Below, piece by piece: positions 37,416 to 46,056 of a stretch of DNA of 61,562 nucleotides (positions are counted from its first letter, which is position 1; the number at the start of each line of letters is the position of its first letter). Made by a program: the position numbers and the translations under genes. Below the pieces are notes generated by a model. That model saw only the letters and a program-made list of their open reading frames with translations, was not told the DNA's origin and did no database searches. Location: the sequence record SRR31156797_768; one strand, given 5' to 3'.

Positions 37416-38330
37416 TCAGCCTCCCTGTTTGGCAGTTTTTGCGTCAACAAGGGCATTTGTCAGGGCTTCAAGATTGGCTCGCAATCCCTTCTCAAACCCC
37501 TCTTCCGTATATTCGCCATTGGTCAAATGCGACAAATGACGAATCCGAATACCGGTCTCCTCATGGATGGTGTCCACATATTTGTCGGAAAACGCCATCT
37601 CAGTAAAAATAACATTCACGCCAAGCCTTTTGATTTCATCTATAATTCGGGCAAGCTGGCTGGCCGTAGGCTTCAGCCCATGCCCCGGCTCGATAACAGC
37701 GGTCACCTGCAATCCGAAATCCTGAAAAAGGTAATCATATCCGCCGTGAATAGTAGCGCAACGAAAATCCAAATCCGGCAAGTCGGCTATACGCTCCATG
37801 TATTCGGCTTTCATCCGACGAAGCCGAGCCGCATATTTTCGTCCATTCTTTCGGTATAGAGAGGCGTTCTCAGGAAACAGTTCTCCCAGCTCTTTTGCAA
37901 TGGTATAAACTTGGCGAACCGAGGCGGTCACAGAGACAAATGTGTGGGGATTGACAACCTTCTTGCCATCCAGATGACCACTCACCGGGATAAGCGAAAC
38001 GTCCTTGTTGGCGAAAATAAGTGGGAGTTTCCCTTTCAAATTGGCTGCTTCGATACTTTCAAAAGCGAATTCATCATGCCCGATGCCGTTGACGACCATG
38101 ACATCCAACGTCATGCATTTCTTGATATCCTCGGGCTGAGGCCGGTAATTATGAGGATTAAACCCTTCACCAATGAGGGGAACGACGTCGGCAGTATCGC
38201 CGACGATAGCTTTCACAAAGCTATAATACGGATGCAGTGTCACACCAATACGGGGAATATCTTCAGCGGGGTACACAGCACTGACCATAAACAAACCAAA
38301 AACAATACTATATAGTAACTTACGAATCAT
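37416..38330 (-). CDS. fpvC: metal-binding periplasmic protein, FpvC-like
   Basis: RIGVTLHPYYS, GFNPHNY, NGIGHDEFA, VVNPHTF, ATIHGGYDY, EPGHG, LSH His-rich ligand set as recalled for Pseudomonas FpvC. Confidence 0.85.
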   Translation of the reverse strand: MIRKLLYSIVFGLFMVSAVYPAEDIPRIGVTLHPYYSFVKAIVGDTADVVPLIGEGFNPHNYRPQPEDIKKCMTLDVMVVNGIGHDEFAFESIEAANLKGKLPLIFANKDVSLIPVSGHLDGKKVVNPHTFVSVTASVRQVYTIAKELGELFPENASLYRKNGRKYAARLRRMKAEYMERIADLPDLDFRCATIHGGYDYLFQDFGLQVTAVIEPGHGLKPTASQLARIIDEIKRLGVNVIFTEMAFSDKYVDTIHEETGIRIRHLSHLTNGEYTEEGFEKGLRANLEALTNALVDAKTAKQGG

Positions 38331-38986
38331 TAAAAGTAATCCTCGCCTCGAGATTTTTTCATTTCTCGTTCACCCTTCCGAGCAACCACTTCCCGCCATC
38401 CACCATTGATCAATGCCTGATCCGTGCTCATTCCCGGAAACGAAGGAGAGGAAGAAGGATGAATCCAAACTTCAAAGGGAACATGATCGGCCCCTCCTGC
38501 ATTCCCTTGTTTCTTGACATGATCATGCAACATCACCAGCAGGAAAGAGCCTGTTTTGGTGTCATCACCAGGATTTCCCATATACAGAACAATATGTTTA
38601 TCCTCTGTACTGATAATGTTCCGTATCCAATGATAACTCCCGTCACTACGCCACGATGAATCCTGAACGAACGGAGGCAGCTGAGCCTCAGCCAATTCCG
38701 TCACCGACGGCCAATCAAACTCATCTTCATGAATCATTTCAATCTCAGGAGCTGATGTAAGAAGCGCATTGAAAATAGCGAGCTCTTCAGGTTGAAGATC
38801 GCTGAAAGCATCGACCTGCCACGCAGGGACCGTATATTCCTCTGCCCCGGAGCTTCGTAAAAGGATGCCGCATCCGCACAAAACAATGGTCACAAATGCA
38901 ACAATCACGACGAGCTGAGTTTCAAAAGTTCCGCCAGCGGGTGGAACAACCACCTCGCATTGCGTCACCCGTATTTTTTCGTCCAT
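38330..38986 (-). CDS. fpvK: FpvK-like (DUF6162) single-TM protein
   Basis: VVPPAG..ET..V TM, WQVDAFSDL, WPSVTELAEAQLPPF, C-terminal LINGGWREVV; directly before the fpvC-like gene. Confidence 0.7.
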   Translation of the reverse strand: MDEKIRVTQCEVVVPPAGGTFETQLVVIVAFVTIVLCGCGILLRSSGAEEYTVPAWQVDAFSDLQPEELAIFNALLTSAPEIEMIHEDEFDWPSVTELAEAQLPPFVQDSSWRSDGSYHWIRNIISTEDKHIVLYMGNPGDDTKTGSFLLVMLHDHVKKQGNAGGADHVPFEVWIHPSSSPSFPGMSTDQALINGGWREVVARKGEREMKKSRGEDYF

Positions 38987-39047
38987 CTGCACACCGCCTT
39001 CTCGCCAAGCTCTCACGCACCAAAAGTCCATCACAGTCCGCTATCCG

Positions 39048-39093
39048 CCGCAGGTCGGTGCGGCGGCTCTTTGGCAAGCCGCCGCACCTGCGG
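39048..39093. other. strong GC-rich intergenic hairpin
   Basis: GGTGCGGCGGCT-N8-AGCCGCCGCACC, extended by CCGCA/TGCGG; no U-tract. Confidence 0.55.
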
Positions 39094-39133
39094 GGAGGGT
39101 ATGACTCTCACTATCTAGAGGGGGAATACCATT

Positions 39134-39964
39134 CTATTTCATGTCTTCGGCCTTGACCCAGATAACTGCGTCCTGACCAAGTTCCTTGCCTTTGTATTCC
39201 TTTTCGGGACCAACACCGAGAGCTGCAAAGCCCCACCAACCAGCCTTGGGGATACCAAAGGTGATATAACCATCAGCATCAGTGAAGATGGTCTGGGTGA
39301 CAAAGGAACCCTGCGGATATGTCACTGTGGACTCTGCGGGCATGGAGTTGGTTTTCAGGTTGGGCATATGGCTCATGTACTCGACTTCAACTTCAGCACC
39401 GGCTACAGGCTTGCCATCGGACAGAACCTGTGCCTTGAAGACGTTACCGGTCCACAGACCATACGGTTTGATCAGGGGAACGATTTCGCACGGAAGACCA
39501 ACAGGCTCAGCCCAGTTGCCAGGTACGCCGCCAACATTCAGGATCAGCTTGGTGATCTGCTGCATGTACAGACCTTCTTCTTTTTCAAAGTAGTAACCGG
39601 GCTTCATGACAAAAACGTAGTCGCCCATGGAGCGCACTACTTTCTTGGGAATCATGGCAGAAAACGCCGGTGCCTGCGCTTCGGGATTCTTCCATACGAT
39701 ATCTTTCAGGTAACCTTTGAGGTCGGTTTTCTTCACTTTGGAATCACCGCGCTGGCTCACAACATAGAACTCTTCAACACCACCCATATCCATCATGTGA
39801 CCGGCTTCGGCGGGATGGGTGAACATAATGCGCATGTCCAAGTTCTTGCTTTCCTGCAGCGCAATTTCCGGGGTGTACACAACCATGAAATGAGCGAATG
39901 CAGAACCAACCAAAGTCAATACGCATGCCGCAGCCATAAGGGGGATAAACCGTTTCATCATCAA
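39134..39964 (-). CDS. DUF4198-family periplasmic protein (NikM/CbiM-system-associated type)
   Basis: AFA|HF signal cleavage; FTHPAE, PGYYFE, GLPCEIVPL..PYGLWTGNVF, AEVEVEY, AGWWGFAAL. Confidence 0.88.
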   Translation of the reverse strand: MMMKRFIPLMAAACVLTLVGSAFAHFMVVYTPEIALQESKNLDMRIMFTHPAEAGHMMDMGGVEEFYVVSQRGDSKVKKTDLKGYLKDIVWKNPEAQAPAFSAMIPKKVVRSMGDYVFVMKPGYYFEKEEGLYMQQITKLILNVGGVPGNWAEPVGLPCEIVPLIKPYGLWTGNVFKAQVLSDGKPVAGAEVEVEYMSHMPNLKTNSMPAESTVTYPQGSFVTQTIFTDADGYITFGIPKAGWWGFAALGVGPEKEYKGKELGQDAVIWVKAEDMK

Positions 39965-39979
39965 AAAAACTCCTCTCGA

Positions 39980-40002
39980 TTGAAATTGAATATTATTCTC
40001 AA
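39980..40002. promoter_or_regulatory. internal Fur box
   Basis: TTGAATATTATTCTCAA (39986-40002), 15/17 to WTGAAAATNATTTTCAW. Confidence 0.75.
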
Positions 40003-40056
40003 TATATCCATTTTAAAAAAGCAAGGCAGGCAAGCCACACCTTGCATCACACGTCT

Positions 40057-40374
40057 TTATTCCACGATGTCAGCGCCGTTAACTTCCACGGTGTGACCTT
40101 CACCACCATCAAAAATAACAAGGTAGCCACCTTCGGGCTTGGTGAAAGAATATTCGCTGTCTTCGTTCATCTTGCCTTCAAGTATGCTTTTCCCATCTTC
40201 ACTCTTGACGTGCATCTTGGTACCGGATGCAGAAGAACCATCAGAATACCCACCTTCGCAGGTGACAGTACCATCGCCGTTATCAAAGCAGCTCATCAAG
40301 GGGCTGTGGGCAAAAGCCATTCCGGAAAAACCGAGCAATGCCGCCAAAGTCAAAACAATCATCATTTTTTTCAT
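40057..40374 (-). CDS. fpvJ: FpvJ-like small periplasmic protein
   Basis: AFA|HSPLMSC...VTCEGGYSDGSSASG...FTKP..YLVIFDGGEGHTVEV resembles Pseudomonas FpvJ as recalled; RBS AAGGAGG. Confidence 0.72.
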   Translation of the reverse strand: MKKMMIVLTLAALLGFSGMAFAHSPLMSCFDNGDGTVTCEGGYSDGSSASGTKMHVKSEDGKSILEGKMNEDSEYSFTKPEGGYLVIFDGGEGHTVEVNGADIVE

Positions 40375-40388
40375 CTGTATACTCCTCC

Positions 40389-42890
40389 TTAAGAGCACTC
40401 TTTATTATACGCAGGAGCGGACACAGCCGCTTCCTTTTCTTCAGGTGTTGGGATCATTGCCATGCCGATGGTTGCGGCAAGGCACAGCCCATAAAATGCC
40501 CACATTGTCTGCCAGCCGGTCAATCCGAGCACTGTGCCACCGGTAAAAACCAAGCTGGCGACAAACAAGCCCAGTACAGTCTGATAACCGATGGAAAACA
40601 GCATCCAGCCCGTTGAATTGGACTGACTTCTCACCATGATGGATGTAGGAACGCAGGGTGGGTACAAAGCCATGAACAGCATCAGAGCCAACGCATGCAA
40701 GGGGGTAAACCCACCTTCATTCGCCTTCATGCTCTCTTGAACAGACTGGCCGGAATCATCAATGCCATAGATGGAGCCGAGGGTTGCCGCACTGTTTTCC
40801 TTAGCCGCAAAGGCTGACAACAATGCGATATTGATACGCCAGTTAAACCCGGCCCACTGAGTTACAGGCTCGAGAGCCTTGCCCATGGAACCAAGGAAAC
40901 TGTTTTCAAAACGCTCACCACGCATTTCGCGCCGTATTTTCTTACGAACCTTGATGACTTTTTTCAGTTCCCGATTCAGCTTTTTGCCATCCTTACCAAC
41001 ACGTTTTACAACGGCATAATAGATCGGGTTCTTCGCCTGAAAGTCTTCATTGATGGCAGCGGATGTCTCCTTGTCCTTCACACCTCGCTTAGCCTGCTTC
41101 AACGCTTCGCCAAACAGGATGACTGCAGTCGTATTTTCAGAAGTAATCTGTCCGGCATACTGGGTTGCGTCCACTTTCTGAACAAAACCCGCCACAGCTT
41201 TATCTTGCATGGCAGCGTAATGCGCCATTTTTTCTTCAGATAACCCCGGGAAGTTGATCAGCACAAAGACGACCACGGCTACGGCTGCAACCACAGTGAC
41301 AATCTTCTTCATAAACAGCCAGATTCGTTCAAAAGCACGCCGCAATATTCCAGAAATGGTCGGCAAATGGTACGGCGGCATCTCCATAATAAACGGAGCA
41401 CTGTCATGCTTCCGAAGTACGGTCAGCGAAAGCAGTTTTGCAACAGGCAAGGCCATGAACAGGGTTACTGTGGCAATAAAAAACATCGCCCACCCTGCAA
41501 CATCGGCAAAATATGCCCCGATAAGAATCAGATAGAGCGGCACCTTCGCCAGGCAGTTCATCATGGGAATAATAAGGATGGTCGCCAAACGAGCCCGTTC
41601 GTCAGGAATGGCCTTGGTCGCCATGACACCGGGGATAGCGCATCCTCCCACATATACACCGCCAAGAATCATGGGCAGTGTAGACTGGCCATGCAATCCG
41701 AAACGACGGAACAACCGGTCCAGCAAAAAGGCCATTCGTGGCATGTATCCACTGTCTTCAAGAATGGCGATAAGGGCGAACAACAGGAAAAAGATGGGAA
41801 GATAATTCAAAATTGCCGTGATGGATTTCACCACCCACACACCAAGTGAACGCAACAGTGGATCTGTCATGAACCCGGCTTGCGGCAAGATATCTCCGGC
41901 CAAATCTTCAAGCCCACCCCAAACCGGCCAGACTTGCAAGGCAAGCCAGCCACCAAAAACAATGGAGATTTGATACAACACCACCAGAATGGCGACCAGA
42001 ATAATCGGCCCCAGATAGCGGTTGCAGACATACTTATCAACGGTATCCGACAGGTTATGACCGCGTTCACGCGGCAACGTTACCACATCTTTGGCTATCT
42101 TCGCGCATACGGCATGGCGGGTAAAAGCAATATGCCTGTCCGCTCCGTTCGTATTCTCTTTCGCAAAGCGCTCTCTGCAAGATTCCACTTTGGCAAAAAC
42201 CTGCTCGCTGTCAGGATGATTCAACGTGAGCTGCTTTCCAGCCTCTACGTCACCTTCGAGCAGTTTGATTGCAAGCCAACGCACTGGATAGCGAAGACAG
42301 GAAACAGGGTCCTCGACCAACATCACCTCAAGTTCGGCAATAAATGGCTCAAGCGGACCGTAATCAATCTTAAAAACATCTTCTTTACGCCCCTGAGCTA
42401 AGGCCTGCATCGCGGTTTTAAGAGCTTCCCGACCAACACCTTTTTTGGCAGTAGTTGGTACAACCGGGATACCAAGAATATCTTCCAGTTTTTCGATATC
42501 CACGGCATGTCCACGACGCTCCACCACATCCATCATGTTGAGATTAAGAAGCGCAGGGACTTCCATCTCCAAAATTTGAAGAGTCAGGTACAAGTTGCGT
42601 TTGAGATTGGAACCATCGGCCACATCAATGACAACATCGGGATTGTCACCCAACAGGAAATCACGAGCAACGCGCTCTTCCAAAGAGTAGGATGTCAGGC
42701 TGTACGTACCCGGCAGGTCAATCAACTCTACACGGGAATCACCCAATTTGAATGATCCGGTCTTTTTCTCAACAGTCACGCCCGGATAGTTGGCGACATG
42801 CTGACGTGCGCCTGTCAGCATATTAAAAACAGTGGATTTTCCGCAGTTTGGCTGTCCGGCCAAAGCAACGACGAGTTCTTTCGAAGCCAT
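40389..42890 (-). CDS. feoB: ferrous iron transporter FeoB
   Basis: GQPNCGKS, VANYPGVTVE, DLPGTYSL, NMMD, LEDSGYMPR, PFIMEMPPYHLP, LYPPC gate motifs. Confidence 0.97.
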   Translation of the reverse strand: MASKELVVALAGQPNCGKSTVFNMLTGARQHVANYPGVTVEKKTGSFKLGDSRVELIDLPGTYSLTSYSLEERVARDFLLGDNPDVVIDVADGSNLKRNLYLTLQILEMEVPALLNLNMMDVVERRGHAVDIEKLEDILGIPVVPTTAKKGVGREALKTAMQALAQGRKEDVFKIDYGPLEPFIAELEVMLVEDPVSCLRYPVRWLAIKLLEGDVEAGKQLTLNHPDSEQVFAKVESCRERFAKENTNGADRHIAFTRHAVCAKIAKDVVTLPRERGHNLSDTVDKYVCNRYLGPIILVAILVVLYQISIVFGGWLALQVWPVWGGLEDLAGDILPQAGFMTDPLLRSLGVWVVKSITAILNYLPIFFLLFALIAILEDSGYMPRMAFLLDRLFRRFGLHGQSTLPMILGGVYVGGCAIPGVMATKAIPDERARLATILIIPMMNCLAKVPLYLILIGAYFADVAGWAMFFIATVTLFMALPVAKLLSLTVLRKHDSAPFIMEMPPYHLPTISGILRRAFERIWLFMKKIVTVVAAVAVVVFVLINFPGLSEEKMAHYAAMQDKAVAGFVQKVDATQYAGQITSENTTAVILFGEALKQAKRGVKDKETSAAINEDFQAKNPIYYAVVKRVGKDGKKLNRELKKVIKVRKKIRREMRGERFENSFLGSMGKALEPVTQWAGFNWRINIALLSAFAAKENSAATLGSIYGIDDSGQSVQESMKANEGGFTPLHALALMLFMALYPPCVPTSIMVRSQSNSTGWMLFSIGYQTVLGLFVASLVFTGGTVLGLTGWQTMWAFYGLCLAATIGMAMIPTPEEKEAAVSAPAYNKECS

Positions 42891-43111
42891 TAGTCGCCCA
42901 CCTGAATATGCCGAGCTTCGGTATGTCTAATGGAGACATGATAGCCGTCAAGATGCAGCTCCACGGGATCAACCAGTGGGGCATTCCGAACAATTTCGAT
43001 CTCGGCACCGGGGTAAAATCCCAGATCCATCAGCCGTTGTCCCAAGGCCCCATCTGTTGTGATGTCTTTCATCACGCACCGAGTCCCCGGATTTAATTCG
43101 TCAAGAGTCAT
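42890..43111 (-). CDS. feoA: FeoA
   Basis: RLMDLGFYPG...RNAPLVDPVE...SIRHTEA SH3-like pattern. Confidence 0.93.
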   Translation of the reverse strand: MTLDELNPGTRCVMKDITTDGALGQRLMDLGFYPGAEIEIVRNAPLVDPVELHLDGYHVSIRHTEARHIQVGD

Positions 43112-43157
43112 TACTGTCACTTCCTTGATATGTGTATTCCCGACACGGCACGCCGTA

Positions 43158-43382
43158 TTAGGCCACCAAAACCTTTTGTGCGATGCCGCGCTCAACCATT
43201 ACTCGTCCCTCTCCCACGGAAACAAGCATTGGACCTCGGCTGTTATTCAAAACATCAACCTCAATTCCGGGGATGATACCGATGGACTCCAGCCGTGTTC
43301 TGGCCTTGCAACCGGCGTCAATGGCCACCACAAAAGCGGTCTCTCCCGGCGCCATGGATTTAAGAGTTTTGTGAGAAAACAT
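43158..43382 (-). CDS. feoA: FeoA (second copy)
   Basis: RLESIGIIPG...GPMLVSVGEGRVMVERGIAQKVLV. Confidence 0.9.
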   Translation of the reverse strand: MFSHKTLKSMAPGETAFVVAIDAGCKARTRLESIGIIPGIEVDVLNNSRGPMLVSVGEGRVMVERGIAQKVLVA

Positions 43383-43419
43383 GCGAACCTCCCCTCGTTG
43401 GAAAAACCATTTGTTGCAA

Positions 43420-43442
43420 TTGATAATGAATTTCGATATCAG
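43420..43442. promoter_or_regulatory. Fur box between feoA and the divergent Fur paralogue
   Basis: TTGATAATGAATTTCGATATCAG; 14/19 to the classical Fur box and 14/17 to the deltaproteobacterial box. Confidence 0.72.
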
Positions 43443-43597
43443 CAATAAACCCGACGCAACAAGAGGTCAACAAAAAAGATTTTTTAAGATTCAATGTCAA
43501 CTTGAGCTATATATATGGCAAAAAACCTGCCCTATTGAGACTCTCGGTCAACAAAGGCCTCGAAACCCCAAAATACGCTTACGGAAAGATCAAAAAA

Positions 43598-44053
43598 ATG
43601 CAGGAAGCACTCAAATCGTTCAAGAAATATCTGGCAAACAACACGCTCAAACTAACTCAGCAAAGACTCTTAATTCTTAAGGTTTTCATGAGTAAAGGCG
43701 CTGAGATGAGCTCAGAACAACTACTCAGTGCAGTGCAGGACATCGATGATGCGGTCAGCCGATCTACGGTATATAGAACCATCAAACATTTTCATCACGC
43801 AGGCATTGCCCGATGCATTCACCATAGGGACGGTTCCACCCACTATGAGCCATCCGGTGACCATAACAGTCATATGCTCTGTGAAAGATGTGGCAAAATC
43901 ATCCCGATCCGCAACCCATATATACAATGCCTGCAACAGGAAACAGCCCGCCAACAAGGATTCACTCTTTATCGTTACACGACAACGTTCTATGGCCTTT
44001 GCAGCGAATGCACTGAAGCTTTACAATCAGCGAAAACCAAAACATCCGGGTGA
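43598..44053 (+). CDS. Fur-family transcriptional regulator (divergent paralogue)
   Basis: LKLTQQRLLIL, VSRSTVYRTI, HMLCERCG and FYGLCSEC structural-Zn motifs. Confidence 0.88.
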   Translation: MQEALKSFKKYLANNTLKLTQQRLLILKVFMSKGAEMSSEQLLSAVQDIDDAVSRSTVYRTIKHFHHAGIARCIHHRDGSTHYEPSGDHNSHMLCERCGKIIPIRNPYIQCLQQETARQQGFTLYRYTTTFYGLCSECTEALQSAKTKTSG

Positions 44054-44127
44054 ATATAATAATGAGTGATTTTTTCTGAATGATATAAACAACCTTCTCA
44101 AAGCAAACAAAGATGCAGAAAAAACCA

Positions 44128-44164
44128 CAAAAAAACGCCTGCCTCTCAAAAGAGAGACAGGCGC
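44128..44164 (-). terminator. intrinsic terminator after the RRM gene
   Basis: AAAAAAACGCCTGCCTCTC-AAAA-GAGAGACAGGCG. Confidence 0.75.
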
Positions 44165-44194
44165 TGGATGCCGATTAAGGCTTAGATCCGAAGA

Positions 44195-44458
44195 CTACCA
44201 GCGGGGGCGTTCTTCGCGAGCCTTGGCTTCGTTGACCTTGATGTTACGGCCACCGAAGTCTTTGCCGTCCAGGGCTGCGATAGCTTCGCGAGCACCGTTG
44301 TCATCCATTTCAACAAAACCAAAACCACGGGGACGGCCGGTCTCACGATCCTCGATCAGCTTGACAGAAGTAACTTCGCCGTATGCTTCAAAAGCTGCAC
44401 GTACTTCGTCTTCAGTAGAGGACCAGGACAGATTACCGACATAAAGATTCTTAGACAT
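44195..44458 (-). CDS. RRM (RNP-1) RNA-binding protein
   Basis: RNP2 LYVGNL and RNP1 RGFGFVEM; DRETGRPRG. Confidence 0.96.
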   Translation of the reverse strand: MSKNLYVGNLSWSSTEDEVRAAFEAYGEVTSVKLIEDRETGRPRGFGFVEMDDNGAREAIAALDGKDFGGRNIKVNEAKAREERPRW

Positions 44459-44976
44459 TCAAATTCTCCAAAAAGTGATAATGTATAGCGCCCGTGCGCC
44501 AAAAAAAAGGAGCCGTGTACAAGATGCGTACACGGCTCCTCGATAGACTTGTAAAATTCAAACCAGCGCTGGTCACAGTAAGACCGCGCCTTCACGGGTG
44601 CGGCTGGTGTTAAAAGTGTTACTCTACTACTCACTGAGAGAAGTCAAGCATTATTCTTCAAAAAAACGGGAAATAAATAATAATCCAGTCAATTCCTCAA
44701 CAATCTACAAAGCAGTTGATGATTCTATAATCTGCTAAACTAGCAAACTTACGAACGTATTAGGCACTATATTAGAATAAAAATATGAAATTTCAAAAAA
44801 ATAAAAAAAATAAAATGTTAATTTTGATTTTAAAAATGAGTTATGTGGTATGTATTTTTGTTGGATCATTCTAATTTCGCATTTTAGTAAATTGATAAAA
44901 CCCAACAATACGTCAAGATATAAATATAAATATCAAAACACAATTTACTAAATCAATCTTTTACTGAGGATTTACT

Positions 44977-46056
44977 ATGAAAAACAAAGAACTTGCAGTT
45001 GTATACTGTGAAGGTTTCTTTGGAAAAATGGATGGCAAAACCGCCAATGGATTAACTCGTTATTCAGACAAATATGAAATTGCAGGGATCATCGACAGTA
45101 CTAAAGCGCATTTGGATGCCGGAGAGGTACTAGATAATGTCGCCAATGGAATCACCATCTACAAAGATATCCACGAAATTCTGGAAGAAAAGGGAGACCA
45201 GGTAAAAGCCTTTATTTATGGAATGGCTCCCTTGTCCGGTGCTTTTTCTTCAGAAGACCGTGCAGTGATGTTTTATGCAATGGAAAGAAATCTCGACATC
45301 ATCAACGGTCTTCATGACTTTTTGACCGACGATGAATCCTTCGTCAAAAAAGCGGCAGAATGCAAAGTTCAGTTGCACGACATCAGAAAACAACAAAAAA
45401 GTATACAAAGACGAGTGTTTACCGGAGATATCAACACCGTTGAATGCCCAAAGATAGCCATTCTCGGGACAGACAGCGCTGTGGGAAAACGCACGACATC
45501 TGTCATCCTGACCCAAGCTCTTCAAGCCCTCGGCTTGAATACCGTAATGATAGCAACAGGGCAGACAGGTGTTATTCAAGGGGCGGAATTCGGTGTTCCT
45601 CTCGACGCTCTGAAAGAACAATTTATTTCAGGCGAGATGGAAAAAGCTATTGTCAAGGCATGGGAAACGAAGAAACCGGATATTATCATTATTGAAGGGC
45701 AAGGATCACTGAGCCACCCGGCCTATTTAAGCTCATGCTTTATTATTCGGGGGGGGAAACCTGAAGCGATCATTGTCCAACACCCACCGAAACGAGAACA
45801 TTTGGGCGACTACCCTGCTATCAAGATGCCACTATTGGAAGACGAAATTGAACTCATTGAAGTTTTTGCGCAATCTCCTGTCATCGGCATCGCAATTAAC
45901 CATGAAGACATGTCCAATTCTGATATTGATGAAACAATTGATGCATATCAAAACCAATTTAAAATTCCCGCTACAGACGTTCTCAAATTTGGCTGTAATT
46001 CGCTCATTACTAATATATTACTCACCTTCCCACAGCTTCAAGCCAAGTTGGCTTGA
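44977..46056 (+). CDS. DUF1611 domain protein (DgcN-like P-loop protein / putative D-amino-acid N-acetyltransferase)
   Basis: GKTANGL, NGLHDFL, GTDSAVGKRTT, ATGQTG, IEGQGSLSHPAY. Confidence 0.88.
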   Translation: MKNKELAVVYCEGFFGKMDGKTANGLTRYSDKYEIAGIIDSTKAHLDAGEVLDNVANGITIYKDIHEILEEKGDQVKAFIYGMAPLSGAFSSEDRAVMFYAMERNLDIINGLHDFLTDDESFVKKAAECKVQLHDIRKQQKSIQRRVFTGDINTVECPKIAILGTDSAVGKRTTSVILTQALQALGLNTVMIATGQTGVIQGAEFGVPLDALKEQFISGEMEKAIVKAWETKKPDIIIIEGQGSLSHPAYLSSCFIIRGGKPEAIIVQHPPKREHLGDYPAIKMPLLEDEIELIEVFAQSPVIGIAINHEDMSNSDIDETIDAYQNQFKIPATDVLKFGCNSLITNILLTFPQLQAKLA

